Assembly: GCA_040377305.1 (NCBI GenBank)
Contig: JBEIPA010000002.1
Coordinates: forward strand, 1 to 64,000
Source: Flavobacteriales bacterium
GTDB taxonomy: Bacteria > Bacteroidota > Bacteroidia > Palsa-965
DNA length: 64,000 bases
Direction of reading: 5' to 3'
The notes under the pieces were generated by a model. It saw only the letters and a program-made list of their open reading frames with translations. It searched no databases and was not told the origin of the DNA. A program made the position numbers and the translations under genes. Position 1 is the first letter of the stretch. The number at the start of each line of letters is the position of its first letter. Positions 39,974 to 50,641 of the stretch are shown here, in pieces.

Positions 39974-40888
39974 ATGAAAAAAATCATGCTTGCCGCTCTC
40001 TTTAGTGTTTCATTGAATGTGATGAACGCCCAAATCGATATGATCACATCACTGAAAGCTATGGATGGTGTTGTGTACACTGAGTACTATGCTGTGACTA
40101 TCGCTGAGCCTGGAAAAAACACGATCAGCGGGAAACGCTACGTTTCGACGGTTAGCCCGGTGAAGAATCGCTTTGGGCATATCGTCGGCTTCGATGCCCT
40201 GAGCAAGGAGAATCCAGCTGAAAAGGATATTCTTTACAACTACATGTACAATATCTTCGACCACTATACACATCCATCCTACTCCACCGGTTCTGCAAGT
40301 ACAGCACAGGTAATTATCAACGGATGCATTTTTGAACTGGAATATTTCGAAAGCACCACCCAGTTTGGAATTGATAAGATATGGATTCCTTCTGTTCCGA
40401 AAGACAAGGCAGCTGATCCCGTTTTCAAAGGATCCAAAATGGCTGATATGAAATCGATTGATCTCATGAAGCTTGTCAAAGACTATTTCGTGGAAATGAA
40501 AAAGATTCAGGATGCTAATCCTTACAATGCAACCATGCAGGAGCAGGCGAACACGATGAAGTTCATTGTTGATTCAACACAACTGACTTACGACAATGCC
40601 AATGCTGCTTACTGGAATTCTCCGGAAGGACAGGCTAAACTGAATCAATTGCGCAAGCCAAAAGTTACGTTGGTGAATGACACGCAAAGCGATGTACTCA
40701 TGTGTTATGGACAAGGTGTTTCAACCGTCCTCAAGCCGGGAGAGAAAAAAGAATTCAGCTGCGATAACGGTAAAATATTTAAAGGAAAACATCGTGAGAA
40801 TTCAGAACAGTTGGACAGTACCGGAGAAGTGCTGCTCAATCTTGATGGAAATAATTGCGGACGAGAAATAAAAGCTTCGACCCTTTAG
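39974..40888 (+). CDS. Secreted hypothetical protein
   Basis: Signal peptide MKKIMLAALFSVSLNVMNA|Q. Confidence 0.8.
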   Translation: MKKIMLAALFSVSLNVMNAQIDMITSLKAMDGVVYTEYYAVTIAEPGKNTISGKRYVSTVSPVKNRFGHIVGFDALSKENPAEKDILYNYMYNIFDHYTHPSYSTGSASTAQVIINGCIFELEYFESTTQFGIDKIWIPSVPKDKAADPVFKGSKMADMKSIDLMKLVKDYFVEMKKIQDANPYNATMQEQANTMKFIVDSTQLTYDNANAAYWNSPEGQAKLNQLRKPKVTLVNDTQSDVLMCYGQGVSTVLKPGEKKEFSCDNGKIFKGKHRENSEQLDSTGEVLLNLDGNNCGREIKASTL

Positions 40889-40902
40889 TTCAAAATAATT
40901 AC

Positions 40903-40944
40903 AAAAAAGACAGCACTTGCTTAGACGCAGGTGCTGTCTTTTTT
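40903..40944 (+). terminator. Bidirectional intrinsic terminator
   Basis: AAAAAAGACAGCACTTGC / GCAGGTGCTGTCTTTTTT. Confidence 0.75.
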
Positions 40945-40953
40945 GTGCTGTAT

Positions 40954-40987
40954 TGTCCGTTGCTGAAGCCGTTTGGCTGTTGGTGAA
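40954..40987 (+). promoter_or_regulatory. Putative LytTR operator
   Basis: TGTCCGTTGCTGAAGCCGTTTGGCTGTTGGTGAA; TACGTTTG at 41017. Confidence 0.65.
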
Positions 40988-41069
40988 CTCTATTTTTTCC
41001 CGAGTTGGGGTCGGTGTACGTTTGTGGTAATTGAAATTGCCACTAATTCCCTTACACAAATTACGCAGT

Positions 41070-44000
41070 ATGAAAACCAGTCACTTATTTCTCGCCTTCT
41101 TCCTAATCTTCGGAATTCAATCAGGTTTCGCGCAAGCACCAAATTATGTTTGGGCAAAACGAATCGGTGGAACTGACATCGAAACAGGAAGGTCCATCGC
41201 CGTCGATGCAGCTGGAAATTCATATACCACTGGACAGTTTCGCGGGACCGTTGACTTTGACCCGGGCCCGGGAACCGCACTGGTTACAACTCTTGGTGTT
41301 GAGGATATTTTCATCACCAAACTGGACAATGCCGGAAACTATGTGTGGAACAGAAGAATTGGTAGTGCCACCTCGGAATACAGCTACTCAATCGCACTCG
41401 ATCCATCCGGAAATATTTACATAACTGGGCAATTCGCCGGCTCGGTAGATTTCGATCCAGGCGCAGGAGTTGCCACTTTAACTTCATTGGGCTCCTGGGA
41501 CGCATATGTTCTCAAACTTGACGTTTCCGGAAATTTCGTTTGGGCAAGACGATTTGGATCAACCTTAGCTGACATTGGACGTACCGTTACTGCAGATGCT
41601 GCTGGAAATGTTTACACAACCGGAACATACACAGGCACTGTAGATTTTGATCCGGGTGCGGGAACGAGCAATCTCGTAGCAGTTGGTGGTCTAGATGTTT
41701 TTATTTCCAAACTAGACGCAGCAGGGAATTTCGTTTGGGCACAATCAGTTGGTGGTACCGGAGCTGAAGAAGGTCGTGGCCTCATCGTTGATGGCACAGG
41801 CAATGTGTTCCTTTGTGGATACTTCGCTGCCACTGCGGATTTCGATCCAGGTGCGGGGACATTCAATTTAACTTCAGCAGGGTCTAACGACATATATCTG
41901 GTGAAATTAAATTCGGCCGGTACTTTTGTATGGGCTGTGAGCATGGGTGGCACACTTAGTGATGCGGCCGTGTCCATCGCACTCGATGCAGTAGGTAATA
42001 TTCAGATGGGCGGCAGTTTTAATGGCACTGCAGACTTTGATCCGGGTGTTGGAGTCAACAACTTGACTTCCGCCGGTGCTGCCGATATGTTTGTTTTAAA
42101 ATTAAACGCCACCGGATCTTTAATCTGGGTGACGCGAACAGGTGGAACAGGTGATGATAATGCCAATCAGATTGTTCTCGACCCTTTAGACAATGTATAT
42201 ATCGGTGGAGGCTTCAATGCTACGGTAGATTTTGACCCGGGTGCAGGAACTGTCAATCTGGTGTCATCCGGTGGCTTTGATATTTCAATTGCCAAACTGG
42301 ATGCATCCGGAAATTACCTATGGGCAGTTCGTATGGGCGGGATATCAAACGAGGCGGCATATTCAATTGCTTATCATTCCTCCGGCACAATTTACTCCAC
42401 AGGTGCTTTCGATGACGTGGTCGACTTCAATCCTGGTGCAGGCGTAGCAAACTTAACTTCAGCTGGTGCTCAAGAAGTGTTTGTTCAAAAGCTTTGTCAA
42501 CTTGCACCACAACCCGGCGTGATAAGCGGACCTTCACCTATCTGTTCCGGTACAACGAATACGTATAGCATTACACCTGTACCTACTGCGACTACTTATA
42601 CTTGGAGCACACCTGCTGGATGGACAGGTACCTCAACAACAAATAGTATTTCAACTACCGCAAGTTTAACGAGTGGAAATGTATCTGTGGTTGCAAACAA
42701 TGCGTGCGGTGCGTCAGTAGTACGTACGTTAAGCGTCACAGTAACTCCTACTCCTACATTTCCTACAGTAATAACCGGCAACACAAATGTCTGTCCCGGC
42801 TCAACAAACATATATACTATCGGATTCGTTAATGGTGCAACACTTTACACATGGACTTATCCTGTGGGCTGGACAGGTCCTGCAACTTCGACGATTCCAA
42901 GTGTGTCTACAACTGCTGGTCCTAACAGCGGTACAATTTCGGTGACTGCAAGTAACTCGTGCGGGTCTGCTGGTCCGCGAACACTCGTGGTAACGGTTAC
43001 TGCAGGACCAACATCTACCGTTTCTTCGCAAACCAATATTTCCTGTAACGGCGGTACAAACGGTGCTGCAACAGTGCTTGCTTCCGGAGGAACATCACCA
43101 TATACTTATGTATGGGCTCCATCAGGCGGAACTGCGGCCACGGCTACAGGTTTAGCTGCGAACACATACACGTGTACAATCACAGATGCAGCCGGCTGCA
43201 CGCGCGCACAAACGGTTACCATCACGCAACCGTCTGCGCTCGCTTCATCCATTTCCTCGCAAACAAATGTTTCCTGTAACGGAGGCGCGAACGGAGCCGC
43301 AACGGTTTCAGTGAGCGGAGGATCTCCTTTGTACACGTATTCATGGGCACCGAGTGGTGGAACAGCTGCAACTACAACAGGAAGATCAGCAGGAACATAT
43401 ACGTGTACAATTACAGATGCAAACGGGTGTACGCGCACACAAACAGTTTCATTAACACAACCCACCGCAATCACTTCTTCAGTTTCATCACAAACAGGTG
43501 CTTCATGCAATGGCGGATCTAATGGAACTGCTACAGTGCTCGCAGGTGGTGGAATCTCTCCTTACACCTATTCCTGGGCGCCAAGCGGCGGAACTGCAGC
43601 AACAGCAACAGGACTTAGCGCAATTACTTACACCTGTACGATTACAGATGCGAACTCATGTACACGTACACAAACAGTTACGATCACACAGCCTACTGCA
43701 ATCACTTCATCCGTTTCTGCACAAACAAATGTGTTGTGTAACGGAGCAAGCACAGGAGCTGCAACAGTTGCTGTTTCAGGCGGAACACCAGGATACACTT
43801 ACTCATGGGCTCCTTCTGGCGGAACTGCTGCAACAACTACAGCACGACCAGCTGGAATCTATACTTGTACAATAACCGATGCAAGCGGCTGCACACGAAC
43901 GCAAACTGTAAACATCACACAACCAACTGCAATCACTTCTTCGATTTCTGCTTCGACCAACGTGACTTGCAATGGAGGAAACAACGGAACTGCAACTGTT

Positions 44001-46175
44001 CTTGCTGGTGGCGGAACTCCAGGTTATACTTACCTCTGGGCTCCGAGCGGAGGAACAACTGCAACTGCAACCGGATTGTCTGCACTGGTGACTTACACGT
44101 GCACAATTACAGATGCAAACGGATGTACTCGCACACAAACAGTAACGTTAACACAACCTGCGGGAATGTCGTCGTCTGTCGCATCACAAGTAAATGTGTC
44201 GTGCAACGGTGGCGCTAATGGTTCTGCAACAATTACGGTAAGCGGTGGAACTGGTCCTTACACGTATGCTTGGTTACCATCTGGCGGAACAACTGCTTCC
44301 ATCACCGGAAGAACTGCAGGTGTTTATACTTGTACAATCACAGATGCTGGTGGATGTACACGCACACAAACAGTTAACATCGCACAACCTTCCGCTATCA
44401 CTTCTGCGGTTTCATCGCAAACCAACGTTTCGTGTAACGGCGGAAACAACGGCGCAGCTACAATTTCTGTTTCAGGTGGAACTCCGGGATACACTTACTT
44501 GTGGGCTCCTTCCGGCGGAACAACAGCATCAATTACCGGAAGAACATTCGGAACGTATACCTGCACAATCACGGATGCAAACGGATGCACAAGCACACAA
44601 ACCGTAAACATCACACAACCTACTGTGCTTACCGCAGCGATTGCTTCTCAGACTGATGTTTCCTGTAATGGAGGAAGTAATGGTGACATCACTGTTACTG
44701 CATCAGGTGGCACTTCAGGTTACACGTACTTATGGTCACCAAGCGGAGGAACAGCTGCAACTGCAACAGGTTTAACTGCGACGACATACTCCTGTCTGAT
44801 TACTGACGCAAACGGATGTTCAACGACACAAACGGCAACGCTCACACAACCGTCTGCAATCAACGCCACCGTTTCTGCACAAACCGATGTAACGTGCAAC
44901 GGAGGAAGCGATGGTTCTGCAACAATGAACGCAACCGGAGGAGTTGGAGGATTCACATTTGCATGGACTCCAACAGGTGGTAATACTGCAACGGCAACTG
45001 GATTGTCGGCACTTATAACATACACCTGCACAATCACGGATGCAAACGGATGTTCAATTGCACAAACTGTTACGATCACAGAACCGAACGCAATTGCCTC
45101 TTCTGTTTCTTCGCAGACAGATCTCACGTGCAACGGTTCTAACGACGGAGCTGCAACGATTACAGCATCAGGTGGAACAGGCTTACTCAGCTATGACTGG
45201 ACTCCGGGAAATCCAACAGGCGATGGAACTGTTAGCGTTACTGGCTTGTCGGCACAAACATGGACGTGCACAATCACAGACGCAAACATGTGTATGCATA
45301 CGCAGGTAGTTACTATCACAGAACCAACCGCTGTAACAACATCTGTGACTTCACAAACTGATCCAACCTGTAATGCAGGCAACGATGGAACTGCTGACAT
45401 TGCTGCTACAGGTGGCGTAGGAAACTTCACATATCTCTGGTCACCTTCGGGTGGAACTGCCGCAACTGCAACAGGACTTGCTGCAGGATCATATACTTGT
45501 CTTGTTACAGATGCAAACGGATGCGCAGCTTCAGAAATTATCACACTTAGTGAGCCTGCCGCAATCACGTCTTCGCAAACTGTAACACTTTGTGCGGGAC
45601 AAACGCTTACAGTTGGTGCATCGACTTACACGGTAACCGGAATTTACAATGAAACACTTACTGCGCTGAACGGTTGCGATAGCACAGTAACAACTGACCT
45701 CACTATTAACGCTTCAATTGATGTGTCCACAACTGTAGTCGGAAACACTGCAACTGCAAACCAGAATGGTGCAACTTACCAGTGGATCGATTGTCTCAAC
45801 AGCAATGCACCACTTGCAGGAGAAACGAATCAGTCATTGACACCGGCAGTGAGTGGAGACTATGCAGTAATTGTAACAGTTGGTTCATGTAGCGACACCA
45901 GTGCGTGCACGAATGTCATCACCGGAATAGATGCGCTTGAAGTAAATAACTTTAGCGTGTATCCGAATCCAACAAACGGAGTCGTTACAATTCAGCTGAA
46001 TACATTCTCACCGAATGCACAGATCGAAGTATTCAACGCACTTGGTCAGATGGTAATCACCGCGAAGCCTACGAACACAGTTACAACGGTTGAACTTCCT
46101 GAAGACAACGGAATCTATCTCGTGCGAGTAACGATCAATGGAATGAGCACAACGCAGAAAGTGATTAAAGAGTAA
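41070..46175 (+). CDS. Large T9SS-secreted surface protein: SBBP-type beta-propeller, PKD-like domains, 11 SprB repeats, CTD
   Basis: Signal peptide; repeated D..GN.Y.TG.F.GTVDFDPG; eleven C.G..(N/D/T)G...GG..Y.W....YTCTITDA.GC units; SVYPNP...GIYLV. Confidence 0.9.
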   Translation: MKTSHLFLAFFLIFGIQSGFAQAPNYVWAKRIGGTDIETGRSIAVDAAGNSYTTGQFRGTVDFDPGPGTALVTTLGVEDIFITKLDNAGNYVWNRRIGSATSEYSYSIALDPSGNIYITGQFAGSVDFDPGAGVATLTSLGSWDAYVLKLDVSGNFVWARRFGSTLADIGRTVTADAAGNVYTTGTYTGTVDFDPGAGTSNLVAVGGLDVFISKLDAAGNFVWAQSVGGTGAEEGRGLIVDGTGNVFLCGYFAATADFDPGAGTFNLTSAGSNDIYLVKLNSAGTFVWAVSMGGTLSDAAVSIALDAVGNIQMGGSFNGTADFDPGVGVNNLTSAGAADMFVLKLNATGSLIWVTRTGGTGDDNANQIVLDPLDNVYIGGGFNATVDFDPGAGTVNLVSSGGFDISIAKLDASGNYLWAVRMGGISNEAAYSIAYHSSGTIYSTGAFDDVVDFNPGAGVANLTSAGAQEVFVQKLCQLAPQPGVISGPSPICSGTTNTYSITPVPTATTYTWSTPAGWTGTSTTNSISTTASLTSGNVSVVANNACGASVVRTLSVTVTPTPTFPTVITGNTNVCPGSTNIYTIGFVNGATLYTWTYPVGWTGPATSTIPSVSTTAGPNSGTISVTASNSCGSAGPRTLVVTVTAGPTSTVSSQTNISCNGGTNGAATVLASGGTSPYTYVWAPSGGTAATATGLAANTYTCTITDAAGCTRAQTVTITQPSALASSISSQTNVSCNGGANGAATVSVSGGSPLYTYSWAPSGGTAATTTGRSAGTYTCTITDANGCTRTQTVSLTQPTAITSSVSSQTGASCNGGSNGTATVLAGGGISPYTYSWAPSGGTAATATGLSAITYTCTITDANSCTRTQTVTITQPTAITSSVSAQTNVLCNGASTGAATVAVSGGTPGYTYSWAPSGGTAATTTARPAGIYTCTITDASGCTRTQTVNITQPTAITSSISASTNVTCNGGNNGTATVLAGGGTPGYTYLWAPSGGTTATATGLSALVTYTCTITDANGCTRTQTVTLTQPAGMSSSVASQVNVSCNGGANGSATITVSGGTGPYTYAWLPSGGTTASITGRTAGVYTCTITDAGGCTRTQTVNIAQPSAITSAVSSQTNVSCNGGNNGAATISVSGGTPGYTYLWAPSGGTTASITGRTFGTYTCTITDANGCTSTQTVNITQPTVLTAAIASQTDVSCNGGSNGDITVTASGGTSGYTYLWSPSGGTAATATGLTATTYSCLITDANGCSTTQTATLTQPSAINATVSAQTDVTCNGGSDGSATMNATGGVGGFTFAWTPTGGNTATATGLSALITYTCTITDANGCSIAQTVTITEPNAIASSVSSQTDLTCNGSNDGAATITASGGTGLLSYDWTPGNPTGDGTVSVTGLSAQTWTCTITDANMCMHTQVVTITEPTAVTTSVTSQTDPTCNAGNDGTADIAATGGVGNFTYLWSPSGGTAATATGLAAGSYTCLVTDANGCAASEIITLSEPAAITSSQTVTLCAGQTLTVGASTYTVTGIYNETLTALNGCDSTVTTDLTINASIDVSTTVVGNTATANQNGATYQWIDCLNSNAPLAGETNQSLTPAVSGDYAVIVTVGSCSDTSACTNVITGIDALEVNNFSVYPNPTNGVVTIQLNTFSPNAQIEVFNALGQMVITAKPTNTVTTVELPEDNGIYLVRVTINGMSTTQKVIKE
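43015..45560 (+). repeat. Coding tandem repeat, ~231-bp unit x11 (SprB repeats)
   Basis: e.g. TCCTGTAAC at 43041 and 43272; in-frame ~77-aa period. Confidence 0.85.
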
Positions 46176-46204
46176 TCTCAACAAATCCGCATAGCCCGTA
46201 TGAG

Positions 46205-46235
46205 AAGGGAAGATCGAAAGGTCTTCCCTTTTTTT
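46205..46235 (+). terminator. GAAA-loop intrinsic terminator
   Basis: AAGGGAAGATC-GAAA-GGTCTTCCCTT plus T run. Confidence 0.8.
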
Positions 46236-46275
46236 GTCCGTTCCTGAACGAAATCGGCTGTTCCTGAACGAAATC
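46235..46275 (+). promoter_or_regulatory. Putative LytTR operator
   Basis: Perfect direct repeat GTTCCTGAACGAAATC at 46240 and 46260; TAAGTTTG at 46298. Confidence 0.7.
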
Positions 46276-46328
46276 TACCCATTGCCTGAGCTCTGACTAA
46301 GTTTGAAGAAGCAATAATCCATCTCAGC

Positions 46329-48701
46329 ATGAAAAAGATTCTACTATTCACCACAATGTTGTTTAGCTCTGCCATTGCGAACGCGCAAACATTCGGCTGG
46401 GCAGGAAGTCTAGGTAGCGGAAGCAACGAAGAAGGACGTGGTGTTGCCGTTGACGCCAGCGGAAATGTTTACTCAGTTGGTTATTTTACTGGTTCAGGCG
46501 ACTTTGATCCGGGTCCGGGTGTTACGACTCTAACGTCTGGTGGTTCTAACGACGTTTATGTTTCAAAACTGGATGCGTCAGGGAATTTTGTGTGGGCAAT
46601 ACGAATGGGAGGCACCGGGCCTCAAACCGGAGTTGCCATTGCTTTGGATAATTCAGGCAACGTTTACATCACCGGAAACTTCAATAACACAATTGACATG
46701 GATCCGGGTGCAGGTGTTGTAAATATTACTTCACTGGGAGCACAGGATATTTTCATTGGTAAATATGATCCGTCGGGAAACCATGTTTGGTCGAAGCGCT
46801 TTGGAAGTGCATTTCATGAGGCGGCGGCCAATATCACTGTTGACGCTTCGGGCAATGTCCTGACCTGCGGTTTGTTTACCGGAACCACAGATTTTGACCC
46901 GGGCGCTGGTACAGTCAATCTTACTGCAAGTACAGTAAGTGATGGGTACATTTCCAAATTGGATGCGAATGGTAACTATGTTTGGGCAAAACAAATTGGA
47001 TTGAGCGGATCGAATACTCCTACTTCAATAAAGTGTGATGGCTCTGGAAATATTTACCTCACCGGTGGATATGAGAGCACCACCGACTTTGATCCGGGCG
47101 CAGGATCGTATCCAATAACTTCTGCCGGATCAGTGGATATATTTTTTCTGAAGCTGGATACCAATGGCGACTTCAGCTGGGCTGGAAGCATGGGCGGAAC
47201 TTCGTATGACCTCGGACGTTCCCTTGCGATTGATGCAGGCGGCAATGTCGTAATGACCGGCGAATTTCAAGGAACTGCAGATCTAGATCCCACCGTTGGA
47301 GTCTACAATCTAACTTCCTTCGCGATCAAGGACATTTTCATTGCAAAATTTAATCCTGCTACGGCTACCTTCATATGGTCGGTAATGGTTGGCGAGACCT
47401 ATAATGACATTGGCTATAGCATCGCTACAGATGCCAGCAATAATATTTATCTGACTGGTGATTTTACCGGTACAGTTGATTTTGATCCAGGTGCAGGAAG
47501 CGTTTTACTTACATCTGACGGCAACCAAAAAGATTGTTTTATCCTCAAGCTCGATGCCTCCGGAAATTATATGTGGGCTGGCAAATTCGGTTCTTCATTC
47601 TTAGCTGATGCTGCCTATTCCATTTATGTAGACGCTTCCACAAATATTTACACCACAGGATCTTATCAGGACGTGGTTGATTTTGACCCGGGAGTTGGTA
47701 CAAACATTCTCACTTCGGGCGGTCAGGTAGACGTATACGTTCTGAAGTTAGAACAATGCGTTGCACCAGTAGCACCTATGAATACAACACCTGCAGCATC
47801 ATTAACTGTGTGCGGACCCGGTTCCACTACACTCACAGCAAGTGGCTCCGGCACCTTGGGTTGGTATTCTGCTTCTACAGGAGGAACCTATCTGGGTGGA
47901 GGCACAAGTTTCACAACTCCTGTTCTAAGCAATGACACGGTTTACTATGTACAAGACAGCACGTGTGTTGACGGACCACGCACAGCAGTTACTGTTACGT
48001 TCAATCCGGCAATGAGCACCTCTGTTTCTTCCCAAACGAATGTTACGTGCTTTGGAGGAATTGATGGCAACGCAGGAGTAAGCGTGAGTGGCGGAACACC
48101 AAACTACTCGTATCTATGGACACCGTCCGGTGGAACGCAACCTGTAGAATTTAACATGAGTGCAGGAACATACACCTGCACAGTTACCGATGCTGCAGGT
48201 TGTACCACTGCGCAAATTGTTACGATCACAGAGCCAGGTGCAATTGACGTTACGACAACACTGAACGGCAACATGCTTTCTGCAAATCAGAATGGCGCAA
48301 CGTATCAGTGGATCGATTGTCTCAACGGTAACGCACCAGTTGCAGGAGAAACCAATCAGACCTTTACTCCACAAGCGAACGGAGACTATGCAGTAATTGT
48401 AACTGTTGGTCCGTGCAGCGATACCAGTGCTTGCACAAATGTGATCACAGGAATCGACGCGCATGATAACGTTGCATTCAACCTGTATCCGAATCCGACA
48501 AACGGAATCGTTACCATTCAGCTGAACACATTCTCACCGAATGCACAGATCGAAGTATTCAATGCACTTGGTCAGATGGTAATCACTGCGAAACCAACAA
48601 ACACAGTTACTACAGTTGAACTTCCTAAAGAAAATGGAATCTATCTCGTGCGTATAACATGTGATGGAGTGAGCAGCACAACGCGTGTGGTGAAAGAATA
48701 G
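46329..48701 (+). CDS. T9SS-secreted SBBP-propeller protein, short paralog (Ig-like domain, one SprB repeat, CTD)
   Basis: Same propeller repeats; C-terminal ~140 aa closely similar to the upstream gene. Confidence 0.9.
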   Translation: MKKILLFTTMLFSSAIANAQTFGWAGSLGSGSNEEGRGVAVDASGNVYSVGYFTGSGDFDPGPGVTTLTSGGSNDVYVSKLDASGNFVWAIRMGGTGPQTGVAIALDNSGNVYITGNFNNTIDMDPGAGVVNITSLGAQDIFIGKYDPSGNHVWSKRFGSAFHEAAANITVDASGNVLTCGLFTGTTDFDPGAGTVNLTASTVSDGYISKLDANGNYVWAKQIGLSGSNTPTSIKCDGSGNIYLTGGYESTTDFDPGAGSYPITSAGSVDIFFLKLDTNGDFSWAGSMGGTSYDLGRSLAIDAGGNVVMTGEFQGTADLDPTVGVYNLTSFAIKDIFIAKFNPATATFIWSVMVGETYNDIGYSIATDASNNIYLTGDFTGTVDFDPGAGSVLLTSDGNQKDCFILKLDASGNYMWAGKFGSSFLADAAYSIYVDASTNIYTTGSYQDVVDFDPGVGTNILTSGGQVDVYVLKLEQCVAPVAPMNTTPAASLTVCGPGSTTLTASGSGTLGWYSASTGGTYLGGGTSFTTPVLSNDTVYYVQDSTCVDGPRTAVTVTFNPAMSTSVSSQTNVTCFGGIDGNAGVSVSGGTPNYSYLWTPSGGTQPVEFNMSAGTYTCTVTDAAGCTTAQIVTITEPGAIDVTTTLNGNMLSANQNGATYQWIDCLNGNAPVAGETNQTFTPQANGDYAVIVTVGPCSDTSACTNVITGIDAHDNVAFNLYPNPTNGIVTIQLNTFSPNAQIEVFNALGQMVITAKPTNTVTTVELPKENGIYLVRITCDGVSSTTRVVKE

Positions 48702-48726
48702 TTTCTAAACAGATATTCCCCCTCTG

Positions 48727-48759
48727 AAAGGAAAGATCGAAAGGTCTTTCCTTTTTTTG
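48727..48759 (+). terminator. GAAA-loop intrinsic terminator; 27 bp repeated directly at 51519-51545
   Basis: AAAGGAAAGATC-GAAA-GGTCTTTCCTTT plus T run. Confidence 0.8.
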
Positions 48760-48783
48760 CTAAGTGCAACCGTAACTTATCAT

Positions 48784-49434
48784 TTAACGTTTCTTCTTCT
48801 TCAACGGCTTAAAATACGGTCGTGATTTTACCGTTACAGGGGCACTCGCAATGTAATTTGTCCCGGTACTTCCTGTCACAATTGATAGCTCTGCATATGT
48901 TGTGGTACCAGACGACACGGAATTACCATATCCATAAACCACAGAATAAGATTCTGATCTCTTTGTAGGAGGATATTTTTCAGTCGCTAAACTTTCCGTT
49001 CGCAACTTCGCGTAAGCTGCCTTAAAATCTTCAAAAAAATCTTCAAGTACAAACTGAGTCTTTCCATCAATCACATCTAAGTGCTTAGGAGAAGAATCCG
49101 GATGACAACAACGTGAAGTTAGTAAGACGGAATCGCCCGTTCGGTACTGATGAAGTAATGGTCCCCGCAGTTGCTCAAATATCCATTGTGCATTCTTCTG
49201 ATACCACTCATTTTCAAACAATGTTTTAAGCGAACGTTCAAATCTATTTTTTGATTCTCCGTACTTGTTATGCGGTGAGGAATCTGAGAATGAACCTAAA
49301 TACTCAATTCCTGTACAAATTGCCATGAATGCTTGAAAGTCAATTTTTGAATCAATTAATGATTGAACCAACGATACAATCACCTCGCCGTGTCCGATAG
49401 CATTAGTCTCGTACTTAATCACCAATTTGTTCAT
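48784..49434 (-). CDS. Putative HEPN-like protein
   Basis: Helical N-terminal part with GIEYLG and an Rx4H motif (LRGPLLH). Confidence 0.5.
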   Translation of the reverse strand: MNKLVIKYETNAIGHGEVIVSLVQSLIDSKIDFQAFMAICTGIEYLGSFSDSSPHNKYGESKNRFERSLKTLFENEWYQKNAQWIFEQLRGPLLHQYRTGDSVLLTSRCCHPDSSPKHLDVIDGKTQFVLEDFFEDFKAAYAKLRTESLATEKYPPTKRSESYSVVYGYGNSVSSGTTTYAELSIVTGSTGTNYIASAPVTVKSRPYFKPLKKKKR

Positions 49435-49485
49435 GAATTCGAATATTCTCAAGAAAATAAATATAGTTGCGGTCTATTAATGAGG

Positions 49486-50229
49486 TTACACCAGCTTATT
49501 GTCGAGCGCATATTTTTTCCCGAGAGGAGTGATCCAGATTGCCTCCGAAACTCCAGTAAAACTAATCAGCTTTTCTGATTTCGCTTGATCAAGCGCCACA
49601 TCTATCATCGTTCGAGACATCCCTGGAATCATAGAACGAACCTCACTGTACACAACAAACTCTCGCTGACCATGTTCAAAAATTTGAATCATCACTCGCA
49701 TAACCTCCATCAATGTATCGTGCTGCGGCGTTTTACTTCCTACTGCAACTGGTGAGAATGGCTTGTAACCTATTTCTGGCTTTTTAAACAATGGGGCATC
49801 ATGTATTTTCCTCAACAGTTCATCTGACGCATATTCATAATCATCATCCTTTGAATAATTTATGTACAGTTTAGATTTCAAAAATGTCGGAACTTCAGTT
49901 GTACCACTTTGACGTATAACAGGAATAATTTTACTCTCACTAATACTCTTCATTAGACTTGAAGTAATTATCATCTTTTCATACCCAACGCCACCACTAC
50001 CAGCATTCGCTTTCTCAACATACTTACTCGTACATATCATCAATATATAGTCTGCCTTGGCAAGATTGCTTTCCATAAAATGAGGGACGTCATCACCTGC
50101 GGTTAAATCCCACTGATCCAAAGTTGCATCAACTCCGTTCTGTCTTAAGCGGGTTGCCAATTCTAGAACCCACTTTTTATGATCAAGTGAATCGTGCGAA
50201 TAAGAAACAAATACTTTGGGGATTTTCAT
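49486..50229 (-). CDS. TIR/SEFIR domain protein with putative C-terminal winged helix
   Basis: PKVFVSYSHD, LRQNGVDATLDQWD, GGVGYE, IIPVIR; C-terminal ITPLGKKY. Confidence 0.85.
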   Translation of the reverse strand: MKIPKVFVSYSHDSLDHKKWVLELATRLRQNGVDATLDQWDLTAGDDVPHFMESNLAKADYILMICTSKYVEKANAGSGGVGYEKMIITSSLMKSISESKIIPVIRQSGTTEVPTFLKSKLYINYSKDDDYEYASDELLRKIHDAPLFKKPEIGYKPFSPVAVGSKTPQHDTLMEVMRVMIQIFEHGQREFVVYSEVRSMIPGMSRTMIDVALDQAKSEKLISFTGVSEAIWITPLGKKYALDNKLV

Positions 50230-50281
50230 ATTGGATAAATATATTCTAACACGAAATAATTTGACGACAGTCAAAAACGAG

Positions 50282-50641
50282 TTATTGCGGCAAAGATGTC
50301 TTCCATGTATTTATCTCAAACAGAACTGCACAATCACCTACCTCGTTCCACATAGTTTTTTGCTTACCCCAGAAGTAAAAGTGATTAGTCGTTCCGTCTG
50401 CATTCTTGCTCTCAGTATTAGTTCCCGTGCCGGAATATATAATAACATGATCGCCAGACTTAACCTTCTTTGGTTTGAACCAAAATGCATCTTTCTGAGA
50501 ATTGGAAATCGTCGAAGCGCTAGAATAAACTGTGTCAAAAATTATGTAGTAGACAAGATCAGCGTCCTCAAGAACCCTTAAGTGCAGTCGCTCCTTGCTA
50601 GCTACCCCACGATCAGCAATTTGTATGATATCTAATTTCAT
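50282..50641 (-). CDS. Lamin-tail-domain-like small beta protein
   Basis: VKSGDHVIIYSGTG...FYFWG....WNEVGDCAVL. Confidence 0.6.
   Translation of the reverse strand: MKLDIIQIADRGVASKERLHLRVLEDADLVYYIIFDTVYSSASTISNSQKDAFWFKPKKVKSGDHVIIYSGTGTNTESKNADGTTNHFYFWGKQKTMWNEVGDCAVLFEINTWKTSLPQ

Noticed and set aside
43015-45560. CRISPR-like periodicity
   Set aside because: The ~231-bp units are in-frame SprB coding repeats with synonymous variation; no constant repeat with unique spacers and no cas genes.
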